Part shown: piece by piece, positions 40,001-52,000 of the stretch
How positions within the stretch are numbered: position 1 is the stretch's first letter
Layout: the number at the start of each line of letters is the position of its first letter
Assembly (NCBI GenBank): GCA_036172245.1
Contig: JAYWIR010000095.1
Span: 186,001-250,000, forward strand
DNA from: Raillietiella orientalis
Lineage: Eukaryota
DNA: 64,000 nt
Direction: 5' to 3'
The notes under the pieces: generated by a model
Seen by the model: only the letters and a program-made list of their open reading frames with translations
Told to the model about the DNA's origin: nothing
Databases searched by the model: none
Translations under genes and position numbers: made by a program

Positions 40001-43000
40001 TCTTTCCTTTGTCGAAAACGATCTTCGGAAAACTCATCGTTTGCTTGAAGGCGGAAAAGAGAGGGACTCTTCAGGGCGGGGGGAGGGGAGGAGAACAAAA
40101 AACAAAAGCCAAAAGAAAAAGCGCCACACAGCACACGGGGGAGGAAACGCGTGCTGCTAAAAGAAAGAACCGGTGATTTCTTCGAAAACGACTTTTTAGC
40201 CGAGAAGTCGGAAATCCATTTTCGACGAGGAGCATCCGCAGGACGGTTGGAATTCCGCATCAACGGAAAAGAACTCTACGGTCGCGCCGACGGTCGTTCT
40301 CGCTCCCGTTTGCCAAACCTCACCTCGCTTTCCCGATTCCTCCAATCCCACCCGACACGAGGTGGCCCCGTGGAATGCGCACCTCTCGCGCTGCCCGTGA
40401 GAAGCTCGGCAACACGACACCTTCTCCGCAACGCCTCGAAATCTCACCAAAAATCTCCTTCAGCAATCCGGTGTTTCGCGAATTTTCAGCGAGTCTTCTG
40501 CTTTCTCCACGCCCTGGATATGCCTTCCCAGAGTCGGAATCGCTTGCGCCAGAAACACCTCCGCGGGCGTGTTTGGGCACTGTCACGAAGTCTTCTTCGA
40601 AGATGCCGGACCGAGAGCCCGGTCGCCAGGCGCGCCGCTTTCGGGAGCTGCTCCCAACGCCAGAGACGAACGGAGAGCCTCAGCCTGCGATTGTCGCGCC
40701 AGCTCGCGCATTTGTAGCGAAACCTGCCTTTCGTCGAGAGACTGCTGCCATTCTGCGTGATCCGGCGTCGTCCCCGCAGGGTGTGTTGCTGCTGGCTCCA
40801 AGAAAGCGAAACGGTCTCGGAGGGGGCTTCCAAGAGGCAGGAGGGAGTCTCCCGTGGGGTCGAAAAGGCAGCCGTAAGGCAGCGAAAACAACAAAGGAGA
40901 GGACCTGAGGTTGCGTTCCATTAGTGGACGGTGGACTGGAAGCACGCGTGAGGCAACCACCCTGAAGACTCGCCAGTGGACTTTGCATGGAGTTCGTGAC
41001 GCGGCCAGCAAGTTACTGCGACCCTCAAAAGATCCTGGTTACTTGGACGCGAATCAAGAAGTCCCCAAGGAGACAAGCGAGGGTGACGTGAGACCAGAGC
41101 GGGGAAGAAGGTGCAACATCGAACGCGGTCGCCTACGAAGACCTGAGCGATCTCTGACTGTCTTCGCTCAATCCCGAGCCAGCTGCCGAAAAGAATGACT
41201 CGCGCCGCAGCTTCACTGCGAAAGGCTGGACTGTGATCGGACGCCTGCGTTTCCATCGAGACGAAAGCATCCTCCTCCGCGTACGTGCTGCGTCTGCAAG
41301 CAAGAAATTCGAAACAGAATCCAGCCCATCGCTGGTCAGTGCACCTTTCATCCGCACTCCGGTGGTTGCGAACGGAAACGACGAAAGCATCCGAAGATTG
41401 CAGTCTCCATTGCAACGCCGTTCGCCCCGGCGATTCAGAGAATTCCGCAGGATGGCGAGGCTGAAGTAGGCGCCACCGCGCAGCGTGCGTCGTTCGAGAA
41501 CGGCCCAAGGCGTGCGCGCGTTCTATTCCTTCCGAGGGCCAGAGCAGGCGGCACGGAAAGCGCCACCACTTGCAGGGTTGCCATCGTCGGACCGCCGCAG
41601 GAAACCGCTTGCGCGTTCTCGGACGAGTTCTCCTCTGTCGCTCGTTCAGCGGAGCATCCTCCGAGGTGAAGTCGACCCGCAAGCTGGAGTTTGCGCGCTC
41701 GAAGCGTGAGCGGACTTCCTAGCGAATCCAAGAAGCGTGCCGGAGGGCTTCTTACCATAAGCGAGAGAAAAGGAACACGTTCGTGGCACCAGAATGCACA
41801 CCCTCCGAGGAGGGCTGGCCGCAGTCTGCGTAAGGCTTGTGCGCGCCCATCGGAAATTGAGCATCCTCTCCCATTGCAATGGGGAGCAAAGGGAACACGA
41901 CAGACGAGACCCGTGCGCGCGCACGAAACGAAAGATCCATCTTGCGAAACGGTGCTGCCGTGTCAAGGACGAGTGTCACCGTACTTTCCATTCGATGAGC
42001 TACTGCGTCGAACTGCATCGATGTTTTCAACGGGGACGCTGAGCGCACGGCAATCGCGGCAGGAAAGGCCAGACAAGAAGATGCTCACTACTCTCCGAAG
42101 AGCCACGAGGTCGAGCGACCAAGCGGCAGTGCCGGTCCGTTGGAGTGCAAAAGTTCCGAGGTGCTGCCGCAGCCAACCAGTCGTCGATGGAACGGTCTCG
42201 CGGCCACGAGGGATGTGGGAAGGCCCAACCACCTGACGGAAGGCGAACTTTCGCTACCTCTTGCAGCAGGGATGAGGAATTTCATTCGCTCCCGAGTGTC
42301 GAGTCACTCCGAGGAGCAAACGAAATCGCTAGTCGGGATGGCAGTTTCTCCTGAAAGGTCGTTCGTTCTCCGAAGGAGAGGCGGACCGGCTGCAAGCGGG
42401 ACGAAACCACAGAGCGGAATGATGGGGAGGAGAGACCGGTGTAAGGGGCTGCTTCCTGGCAGCGGCTACTCGCTTACGTGGAAACGCGCAGAGCGCACGG
42501 TTCCCTCTCGCATCCTCGGAATCATCGCCCTGAACGGTACTCGTCCTGATCAAGACGGACTCGCAGTCCGACCGGTCCAGCACTTTGGCGCGGAATTCGG
42601 ATGCGCACCGTGAAAGCAACCGCTCCCTGCAGCGCGTCACGGAGGAGGTGAAACGGAAGGCGACGTCCTCGCCCCTGGCGCCGCGCCCTCCCTCCTAGGT
42701 CGCCGTGCGCGTCGCACCGAGGCGGCCTACGAGGGACGCACGTGACTGCGTCCTCGCAGCGGCGTCCTTTGCATCTGCAGACGTGCGCCTTGCCTCGCCT
42801 CCATTCAGCTTGTTCGGGCGGGGCACAACACCACGCCGAATCTCCTTTCCGGTCTTTCGTGACCGATTTCTGGCACTGCCATCCAGGACTCGGAAAAAGC
42901 ACACGTCTCCGGTACTCGTTGGGATGATGGATTGCGGGGACCCTCCAGCATCCAGGCCGCGGCAATGCCGGGAGAAAGGAATTCGTGAGCACAGTGTCCA

Positions 43001-46000
43001 CTGATTTATGGACGCCAAGCCTCTAGCATCGTCCGCCTCACTCTTTTCCCAAGAAATCAGTCCACACGTCCGACTCAAAGAGCACTTCGCGCACTTCCGG
43101 CGTAGCGATTGGTCCTTCTCCCGCATCCGTCCATCGGAAGGCATTTCCGTCCGCATGTAGAAAAGGAATAAGAAAAGCGGGAACGAGTGGTGTGCAGCAT
43201 CTGGAGCTGATCGCTCTAGGAGAACGAACGGAATTCGCTTCCAGTTAACGCCAGGAACTGCATCCCATCAGTTCCGACCACCTTGGCGCCCGTACCGACG
43301 GCATCCTCGGGGAAAAATCCTTTTCCTCGCAAACAGATACTCTCCGGGTACGTGGAGTCCAGCAGGCAGCTTATGCGTCATCCAGGAAACCACGTAAAGC
43401 CAAGGAAGTGCGCGGGACCACCCTGTTGTGTCGTGCGCTTCCCTGCGGAAAGCGGTCAGCGTCCCTCGCGAATCTCTGAGGTTGACCAAGCACATGGCGG
43501 TTGCTTTTTCTGCTTCCGCTCCAACGCGTCCTTCCCGCATTCGGAGCCGGACTCCGGAGCTGTGCCCGTTCTCTGCACGGAGGAGGCGGTGCGTCCAGGT
43601 GGACCGACTGGTACGGCAGCCTGTCGACGTATCGTCTCGCCAAGGCAGCGCTCCACTCCTGGGAATTCGCGAGAGGCAACCTGCTGCTCTCTGTCGTTTT
43701 CACTCGACGCTCCTGAGCTGCATCTTCCCCTTCCTCGTTGTGCCAGCGGTGTTCTTAGCGCTTTGCCTCGGTCCGGCCTGGCCTTTGCCTCCCATCTTCA
43801 GTGGACCAGTCTCGAGACTGCGGCTGCGCATGCTTCAGCTGCCAATTGCAAGAGGAACGGGAAGTCGGATGGCGAAGGAGGGCGCGGGAAGTGCAGGAGC
43901 TCACAGGATCGTGCACGCAAAACGAATACCGCCTGAGGTATGGATGCGCCTTGTGCAGAACGGGGAATTCGAAAGATGCCTGTCCGCGTGGCAACCAAAT
44001 TGACAAGCGCATCCGCTGCGAGTGGCGTGCCGTATCCGTGACGCAAGGAACCTCTAAGCAGGGTGTAGCAGGAACCTTCTTTGCTCTCACGCCGTCTTCC
44101 GGATTCTCATTCCGGGAGTCGATCCTCGGAGGAGACCCGAGAGGGTGGCCTCAGGGAAAAGGGAACTATTTGGAGACGTTCCTCCGAAGAAAAGGGAACG
44201 TGCGCTTGGAATTCGCTGGCAGTCAGCGAGTGGCCGGCGCGCGTAGAAAAGCGAAAACAGCGAACGTGCTGAGAGCGGTGATCAGCGGTAAAAGGCGCGG
44301 CGGTTCCCCAGAACAGGCAGCGCCACCATGCTGACGCTGGTGATTCGTGGTGCTCGCCGGTGCTCCTGCAACATGTTTCCCTCGCGTCGCACTCGCCAAC
44401 GCGATCCAACTTCTCCAGGGCCAGCGGACCGCGCGGCGACTCCGCCGCTGCCGATTGCAAGGGGCAAGGGTGCAGGAATTCCAGGCGTTTCTTCCAAGAA
44501 GAACAGGGTGGGACGTTCTACGATATCTCGATAGCTTGCAGGAAGGGACTGCCGGCAACAGCGTCGGCCTTGCCGCCGTTTGACCTCGCGTTCCACGACG
44601 CTATCGTGTCGCCGTGGTCTCGACCTCCGCGAAGGAAGGCAGCGTGGAAAAGATGGAAGCAAAAGGCGCCAGGGTTCCGAAGCCGTTGTCAACATGGGTG
44701 ATGGTGCGGACACATCGAGTGTGGGGGTGAATCGTCCATCGACAGTTGGAAAGAAAGCGGACAGGGTGCTGTGAGTCGTCGCATCGACGGATGAGGATGC
44801 GCGGTCGATACCAGGTGGCGCTGTGAGAAAACAGGTGGTTGGTCAGATCCTCAAGGGAAACGATCATCGGTGGTTGCCTGGAAAGTGAGAGCCGGGGAAC
44901 GAAATAAGCAATAGGATCACCGACTCGTTCATCGAAGTGGCTCAACTCCGTCTTCCGCATCCTCTTCAAGACAACACCTAACTTCAAAGACATCCCGGAG
45001 AATGCAAGAAGCATGTGCTTCCCCGCCAACATGCAGTGGTCGTTGAGTGGAGAGTACAATGTGGGGCATCAACCTGTGAAGAGCGAGAGTCCGGGTTGCG
45101 GAGACCAAGGCGCCATCCGAAGAAAGGTGAAGGCGAGTCGAAATCGGGAGTTGGGCAGTTCGACTTCCGTGCGCACATCTCGTGTTTCCTGCAGAAAAAA
45201 GCGAACGGAGCGCCCACGGCAGATAAAAGCGAACGGAGCGCCCACGGCAGATAAAAGCGAACGAACGGCCGTCGGTGGGTGGCGGCGGAATACTGGTGGC
45301 GTTCGCGAGCAGGTCGACGCCGCTTGCGCGCGCCCTCATTCGTGTACGAACACGCACGCGTGCACCCCACGGCGTGCCACCTCCCGTTGCTGCGAGCAGT
45401 CCGCCTGCCGGGAATCGTCCGCGAAGGAAAATTTCCGGTACGGCAGCAGCAGCACAGATCGCTTGCAGACGAAGGCGCGCCGGTGTCTTGCCTGGATGGG
45501 GATGCGGCGACAAGCTTCCAGCAGAAAGACGGTGGCTGCGGAGATGCCCGCCTCTTGACGAACTGGCACGCAGTTTCCGAGGTTCCGCGCGACGGATCCG
45601 TTTCACAGTGGGGATTCCTCTTCCTCCCGAGGATGTAGGCAAACTTCCCAGAAAACACTTTCGAATTCCTCTTCCGGAAGATGTGCTTCGCCCAGGTAGC
45701 CGACATTCGCCCCGAAAGCAAACGCTCGTTCGCCACTTTGCCGCGCTCGGGGGCTTGGTGGAGCTTTCCTGCAAGCCTGCTGGCAGTCTGTGGTCGTCGC
45801 CACTGCGACGAGTCGAATGTCGAAGGCCGGATCCTCGGAAACGCAGCGCACCACTCGAAAGAGGATGCCGACTTGCAGGAAGTGAGAAATCTGGATTCCT
45901 GACGGGATTTCAAGGAAAGATTTCCCGCTTTGGATGCAGCTGTCCTTCCTTTCCCGAGGACGCGCCTCTGCAGCGGGAAGGGACCATTCACGCGATTTTC

Positions 46001-49000
46001 GAGATCCCGTTGCACGTGGACTGCGAATGCCAAGGGCGATGAGCACATCACCGACCGCACGGGGAATTGCCAGGCGGACAATTGCCAAGCGACGACCGGC
46101 CTCTCGGAAGAGCGGACCAGATTGCTGCCTTTCCAAAGCACTCGACCGCACAAAGGAGAGGCGAACGGACATACGTTGCTTATGAAAATTCCGAATGCGA
46201 CGGGGGTTCTCATAACCCCCGTCGCACTCGTCTGCATGGGGCGGGGTGGCTGTGCAGGATTGGAATCCCTTATCCAGCGACGACTTCTACGAGATCTCGA
46301 GGAACGACATCCCTTCTCCCGACCACCCTTCCGGACAGAGCATCCTCGCCGCTGCCATCGTGCAAGAGGTGCCTCTACCACGTTCAGATGGAGGCGCGCA
46401 CCTCGGGTGAGGGAAGTTTCTTCGTCTCTCAACCGGCACCTAGGCTTTGGGAACACGTCGAGACGGTTTTTAGGGGAAGAACTCCTCGTGCCTCCAGGTT
46501 GAGAGCTTCCTTCCCAGCACGGATGTTGCAGTTTTCCGATTGCTTCCTGAGAGCACCGAGAAAAACGAGAAGAGCAGCCGAGCACTTTGCAGCCTCGAAG
46601 CGCGCTCTTTCTGTGGGCTCGTGGCAGAGCGCCTGCGCGCTTGGCGGAGCGGAGGTGTCTTGGCCTTCCAGACGGAATCCCATTGCGCCCTCCAAAAATC
46701 GAAAGTGGTTTGGAATTGGGGAAGTGCGTTCGTTGAAGCCCATTCGGAGAAAGATACAGATAGAAGATGCCGAGGGAACAAACGGAAAATATGGCAACGA
46801 GACGCCAGGAGCATGGAAGAGAGAAAAAGGAAACATGCAAACGTGGAATGCATCATGTGCCATTTACCCTTTGCTCGTTGCGAACAGCAGGGAGCTCCTG
46901 CAAGGGGAATGCTCACTTGCTCGATCGGAAATTCACATCAATGCTGGGTAGCAACTATTCCAGACGAACGGTGGTTATCCGGACGGTGGGGTGTGTGGTG
47001 AAACGTGGACGGTTCCAGGAAGAAACCTTGTCGGGAATCCCTACGGACGCGCTCGTCTTGTTCTTCCTAGTTGGCACGTCGGAGCGCGTCCTTCGGCACA
47101 GAGGCGAGGGAGCGAGCGGGTTGACATGCCTACTAGCTCCGCGGACCACGGCAGCGATCGCGCCTCACACCTCCGCCCTTTGACATGCTGTGCTTGCGCC
47201 TACGACCCTTCCGTCGCCAAGCTTGTTTGTAAGACAAAGGGAAATACGAAGAGAGAATGTTGGAAGACTGGTGTTTGAGTGGCCAAATGCGCCGACGCCG
47301 AGGTGCAGCGCGGCGGACACAAGGCGCAAGAAGAAGCGTGCATCCATGTTTTTGCCTGCACCAACCGATACCTCGCGCCTGGAGGTGTCATTTTGAACTT
47401 TGGGCGCTGTTCGGCACGCTTGCCGCTGGTGTTGTCTGGAGATACCTCAAGGAGAACAGCGGGAATTCGTGGAACGAGAAAGAGTTAGCGACTGCGAGCG
47501 CCCACCCGACGGATGGAAGCGTCGCATGAGCTGACAACAAAAGGCTTCCGGGAAGAAAAGGTTGACGATCTGCGTGCAAGATCCGATCTCAGGAATGAAG
47601 AACCCGCTTTCCTCCACCCAGAACAAAGCCAAACGGGTGATGAGAATGGCTGCTGCTGCCTCCTTCCCAGCAAGCTTCCCAGCCTTTCGACTCTGGCCCT
47701 TGCGGAGCATCGTGGACTCTTCGTGAGAAGCTGGATGCTTACAAGACGCATGGAAACTGCAAGCGCAGAGCGAGGGACTCGCGGTGTTCCCCACAGTCCA
47801 CCCTGCTGAATGCAAGCGACCGCGGTGGACTCTTGGTGAAGACCAAAGCGAAGTCGCTCCTCAACATCGCCGCATGCCTTTCGACCGGCAAAAACGAAGA
47901 AGTCGCAATCCGTAAGCATGCCCTTCAGCAAAAAGAATACTAAAGGAGAGAGAAGAGCAGAAGGAGCCGCGTGTAGCTGTTGCCAACGACTGATCGACGC
48001 TTCCCCATCCAGCGGACGGTTCGGCATGTGTGGAAAGAAGTCTTCTGCTATGCACAGGGTCGAGAATGCGGAAGAGACGGGAGGGTATCCCACCACTATT
48101 CCCTTCTTGACTCTCGTCCACCGCTGTCTGCACCGTGAAGGCGAATCGACGAAGGGACACACGCTGCACGATGTGCAGCTAGGAGAGTCGAAGCTCGAAA
48201 TTCGTTTTCACGAAGGGCCAAAGCGTGGTCCATTGTCTCATCCTGGAGAACCAATTTCAGAAACAGCCTTAGTGGCTGCTCGGTGAGCGTGACGAGGGGG
48301 GGGACTCGAAGCATTCGGTAGCCAAAGAGTTGCTCGCGCTCCGATTTCTCCCCCTCTTGAGAAGGGTGGACGAGGGTTGTCAGAGCAGGGTGGACACGGC
48401 CCGTTCGAGCGAAAGGCGTGCAGCCAAGAAACGGGCGGAAAGAGTGGCCACGCGGAGACGATTCGCGTGGGCTGCAAGCGAAGTGGACGCGCATGACCCT
48501 TCCCAATCCGGAGCGACGGAACATCGGAAACTCCAGCTACCCTTGCTTCCTCCCCGTGGCGAAAGAGGGAAAATCCGTGGTAACAGCATGCGGGAGCTTG
48601 TTTGCTGTTGGTTCGCCTGCAGCGAGGTCAAGGGACGGACGTTTCTGTTATGCATAGGCACCGCGCTCTTTGCTTGCAACCGTCAGCTCTTCGATGAGGA
48701 GGCGAACTGCACTCGCGTGCGACAGCCTCACGTCACGCTTCCTCGCATTGGGCTGCCGGTGTCCACTCCCAAGGGCAGTGGTTCGTCACCCTACTGCTTT
48801 CGAAGAAACCTTTCATTTCCCTTCGGACCTCTTGGAACGAAAAAGTACAACGCCAGATGCGTCTTCGGACAAGCAGGCAGGCCGCTGTATCCGTCCGAAC
48901 ACCTCGCCGACCACTTCCAGAGTCCAGCTCGCGTTCCCGTTCGCATCCGCGTGGAGGCGGCTGGTGGCCGCCAGCAACCTGGCCAGGCGAAGTCAACGAG

Positions 49001-52000
49001 CGTGCGCATGTGCTCGGGGCTGCAGAGTGCGAAGCCAGCGGCGCTTGCACGTGGCGAACGGGAGGCTGCGAATTCTCGTTGCCACAGCGACGGTCGGCAC
49101 GAGCGAGGAAAAGGCGAAGCGAAAGCGTTCGAAACGGCGCTCCGGCGTTCTCGGGATGGTGTCTCGTACACTTCAGTGTTGTTGCCCTATTTGCTGACTT
49201 CAACCAATCACAAAGTGCGACATACTTTCAGGATCGTGTCTTTCGCTACTCGAAGAACCGGAATTTGCAGTCCCTTTGCGGAACATCACCGTGCCAGCCG
49301 GACGTGACGTAACGCTACTCTGCGCCGTTAATAATCTGGGAAAACTGAAAGTAAGCGGAATGAAGTGTTCTGACGTGAGCGTATGTCTGTGTGGCCCGTC
49401 GGCGACTGCCCGTGCCCTGGCGCGGTACCGTCCCGCTGCGCGGTTCGTGCGCGCAATGCGACGCGGCGGACGCGACCGCTTCGAGCGAGCGCGCTGCGCT
49501 CCGAGGGGTGCCGACCAGCCGGCGTGGCTCCCCCACCGTTTTCCTGGCTTCCGCTTCATCCCTGCAACTCCGATGTCCGTCGATCAAGCTGCGATCATCC
49601 CGACGACCTGGGTAAACGTGACCGATCTTTCGTCGGGCATCGTCTTTCCCGACACCTGCGTCCCGAGACCCCTGCGACGCACACGTCGGCAGGGCGCCTG
49701 AGCACCTTCCCGACGCGCGAGGGTTCGACTCGCCCGAAAGGTTCCTCCGCACCCCTACCCGCAAGAAATTTCAGTAGTGAGCACCCTGCCAGGGTCTGTT
49801 CAAGGAAAGGTGCGGTGCTCCTCCCGCTTTTCCGCTTGCACGCTTCGGGAGCGGCAGCGGCGAGGCAGACGACAAAGCGGCCACCGTGGACAGTGCAGAC
49901 AGTGCACATCTTCTCTTTCCTAGCACCGGGACCCGCGGCGAGCGACCGGGTGGCAGGGCGTGCCCGCAGGCTCCGCTTCCTCCTCAGCACGCTCGGCTGC
50001 GAGAAGAAGGGGGGGGGGGGACGCCACCGGTCTCGGGCTTCCGGCAAGCGCGCAAGCGACGCCTTTCGAATGCTAAAAGGAGCGCGGGCGAGTTCCAACG
50101 GGGACGTTCCCCCCCCCACCCCCACCCTCAACGAAGAAAATGAAGGAGGTTGTGAGGGAGAAGGGCAGGATGCACGGGCCAGGCTCGGCGCATTGTTTTG
50201 GAAAAACGACGTGAAAGGGTTTGGGAAGCAGGGAAGGGAGAAGCAGTTCAGGACGCCGACACGAAACCCGAAAGCAGAAGGAGGTTGGGTGTCTCCCAAC
50301 GCATCTGAAGCGAACCCTCACCGGCAGGTTCAGGCAAGGAGAAGCGACTGGCGCGAACGCAGATGGCGCGAGAATCCATCCCGAGCGCTCCTCCTCACTC
50401 CGCAGGTGACCGTGCTCTTCTTGCAGGTTGCTTGGATACGTTCGGACAACGTGTCGGCCCTGTTGTCCGTCCAGGAGGACGTCATCACAAAGAACCCTCG
50501 AATCTCCGTCCACCACGAAAATTACGCCGTGTGGTTGCTCCGCATCCGAGACGTCGAGGTCGGTGACGCTGGAAGGTACATGTGCCAGATCAACACTCCG
50601 CAGACGAAGACACAGAATGCTTATTTGAATGTAGTGGGTACGTACAGTGGAGTGTACGGATTCGCGAGTGCGGAGTCGCACCCTCCGATCGATGGCAGCA
50701 GCCGCTGGCCATTCAAACACTTCACTTTGCTCCGAGCACGTGGTAAACGCCCCCTGCGGGCCCCGGGGACGCGCGCGCGCAACCGTCTGCCGTCGAAATC
50801 GCTCGCCGCGTTCCACGTACGGCAAAGAGAAAGTTGACCAGGAGCGAGGTCCACAGCTCGACCAGGAAGGCTGCAAGGAGATCCTCGCTCACCGAATGCT
50901 CGTCCTGCCGGGAGCCAACTGCGGAGCGGCACGCCCACCGTCGGGCGCCGTGCAAGAGAACGCGACAGCTGCGCGTTTCGCGTGCAGTGCTCTCCGCTCG
51001 CGCGACCCCGGTCGCTTGCTCAACGCTCCCCGCTTGCGAAGAGCACCCATTCGGTAAGCTCTCCCTCCACCGGATGGCTGGCGCCACCCAGCGTTGGCGG
51101 TTGCTGGTGCTTTCCGCCAGCCCGAAACAACCCTCACGATCGTTCCGTCCGCGGCCTAAAGCGCAAGCCCTGCCGGTTCCCGCGCTGTCGCAAGGGGGCA
51201 CTCTGCCCTCACCCAACCAACAGCGGTGGAAGTCCGCTGCTCTGCAAGACCGCAATGACGGCGGCGTCTCTTTCGTAGTTCCTCCCGACATCGTCGATTC
51301 CGAAAGTAGCAAGGACATGGTCGTGCAGGAGGGAAGCAACGTCACCCTGACCTGCCGAGCAGTCGGATCTCCGACGCCCACCATCTATTGGCAGCGTGAA
51401 GACCAACAGCACATTACGGTCAACCAAACTTTCTCAAGTAAGACGACTTTCTGCGCTTCCCATCTTCCGCGTGGCGCGACCTTGCGGAAGCGTTGCCAGC
51501 TGGCGCGAACAGTCGCGATTTCCTCGCGATTCCGCACCACGCACCCTACCCAACAAGTACCAATTTGAGAACGGGAAGCTGCGCGCGTCCATTCCTGTTG
51601 GTTGACAACGTGTCGATCGGTGCTTCGAGATCAACCCCCAGCGTTGCTACGCAACGAGGCAGCGCAGAAACGTGGTGCGTTGGTGCGACTTCCCGATTTC
51701 CTGATCGTCAGTCAGACCACCCCGAGCGCCGCTTGCGCACCACGCCTAGTTCGCACGCCGACGCGACGGCTGCGCGCCGTTCAGCAGTCGAAGCCTCGGC
51801 GCAGCAAGGAAACGAACGTCCCTGGGAGGGGACACGAGCAACAGGTCAACGGTGGAACGCAACATGCTGGAGAGCCGCGAGCACGGAAGTTCAGCTGGCG
51901 TCGGAAGCACAAATTGGGAATCGAAAGGCTGCCGCTTTGGCAGACGGAGAGAGGAGCTCTTCGCGGCTGACGACCAGAACTGCACGCTCCACGCCAACGC

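Noticed and set aside
45197..45263. 28-bp direct repeats as a CRISPR array
   Set aside because: Repeats are adjacent with no spacers, no cas genes are present, and the context is a eukaryotic intron.
44984..46840. 618-aa minus-strand ORF and other long ORFs (3362-4885, 29157-30179, 30893-32170, 35178-36464, 36296-37432, 51493-52770, 61284-62513)
   Set aside because: Arg/Ser/Pro/Ala-rich, no coherent domain, overlapping ORFs in several frames. Explained by GC richness and scarce stop codons; some cross short transposon motifs only.
34037..49231. Dscam-like array of alternative Ig exons in the long first intron
   Set aside because: I found no additional Ig-motif exons; the intron holds LINE relics and non-coding sequence.
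49700..49740. GGTTCGACTC B-box-like motif (similar ones near 24360 and 29102) suggesting tRNA or SINE
   Set aside because: No A-box at the right spacing and no cloverleaf could be built.
49383..50837. 484-aa + strand ORF as a single-exon gene
   Set aside because: Only 50427-50637 is Ig-like and splice-bounded; the rest is intron read in frame.
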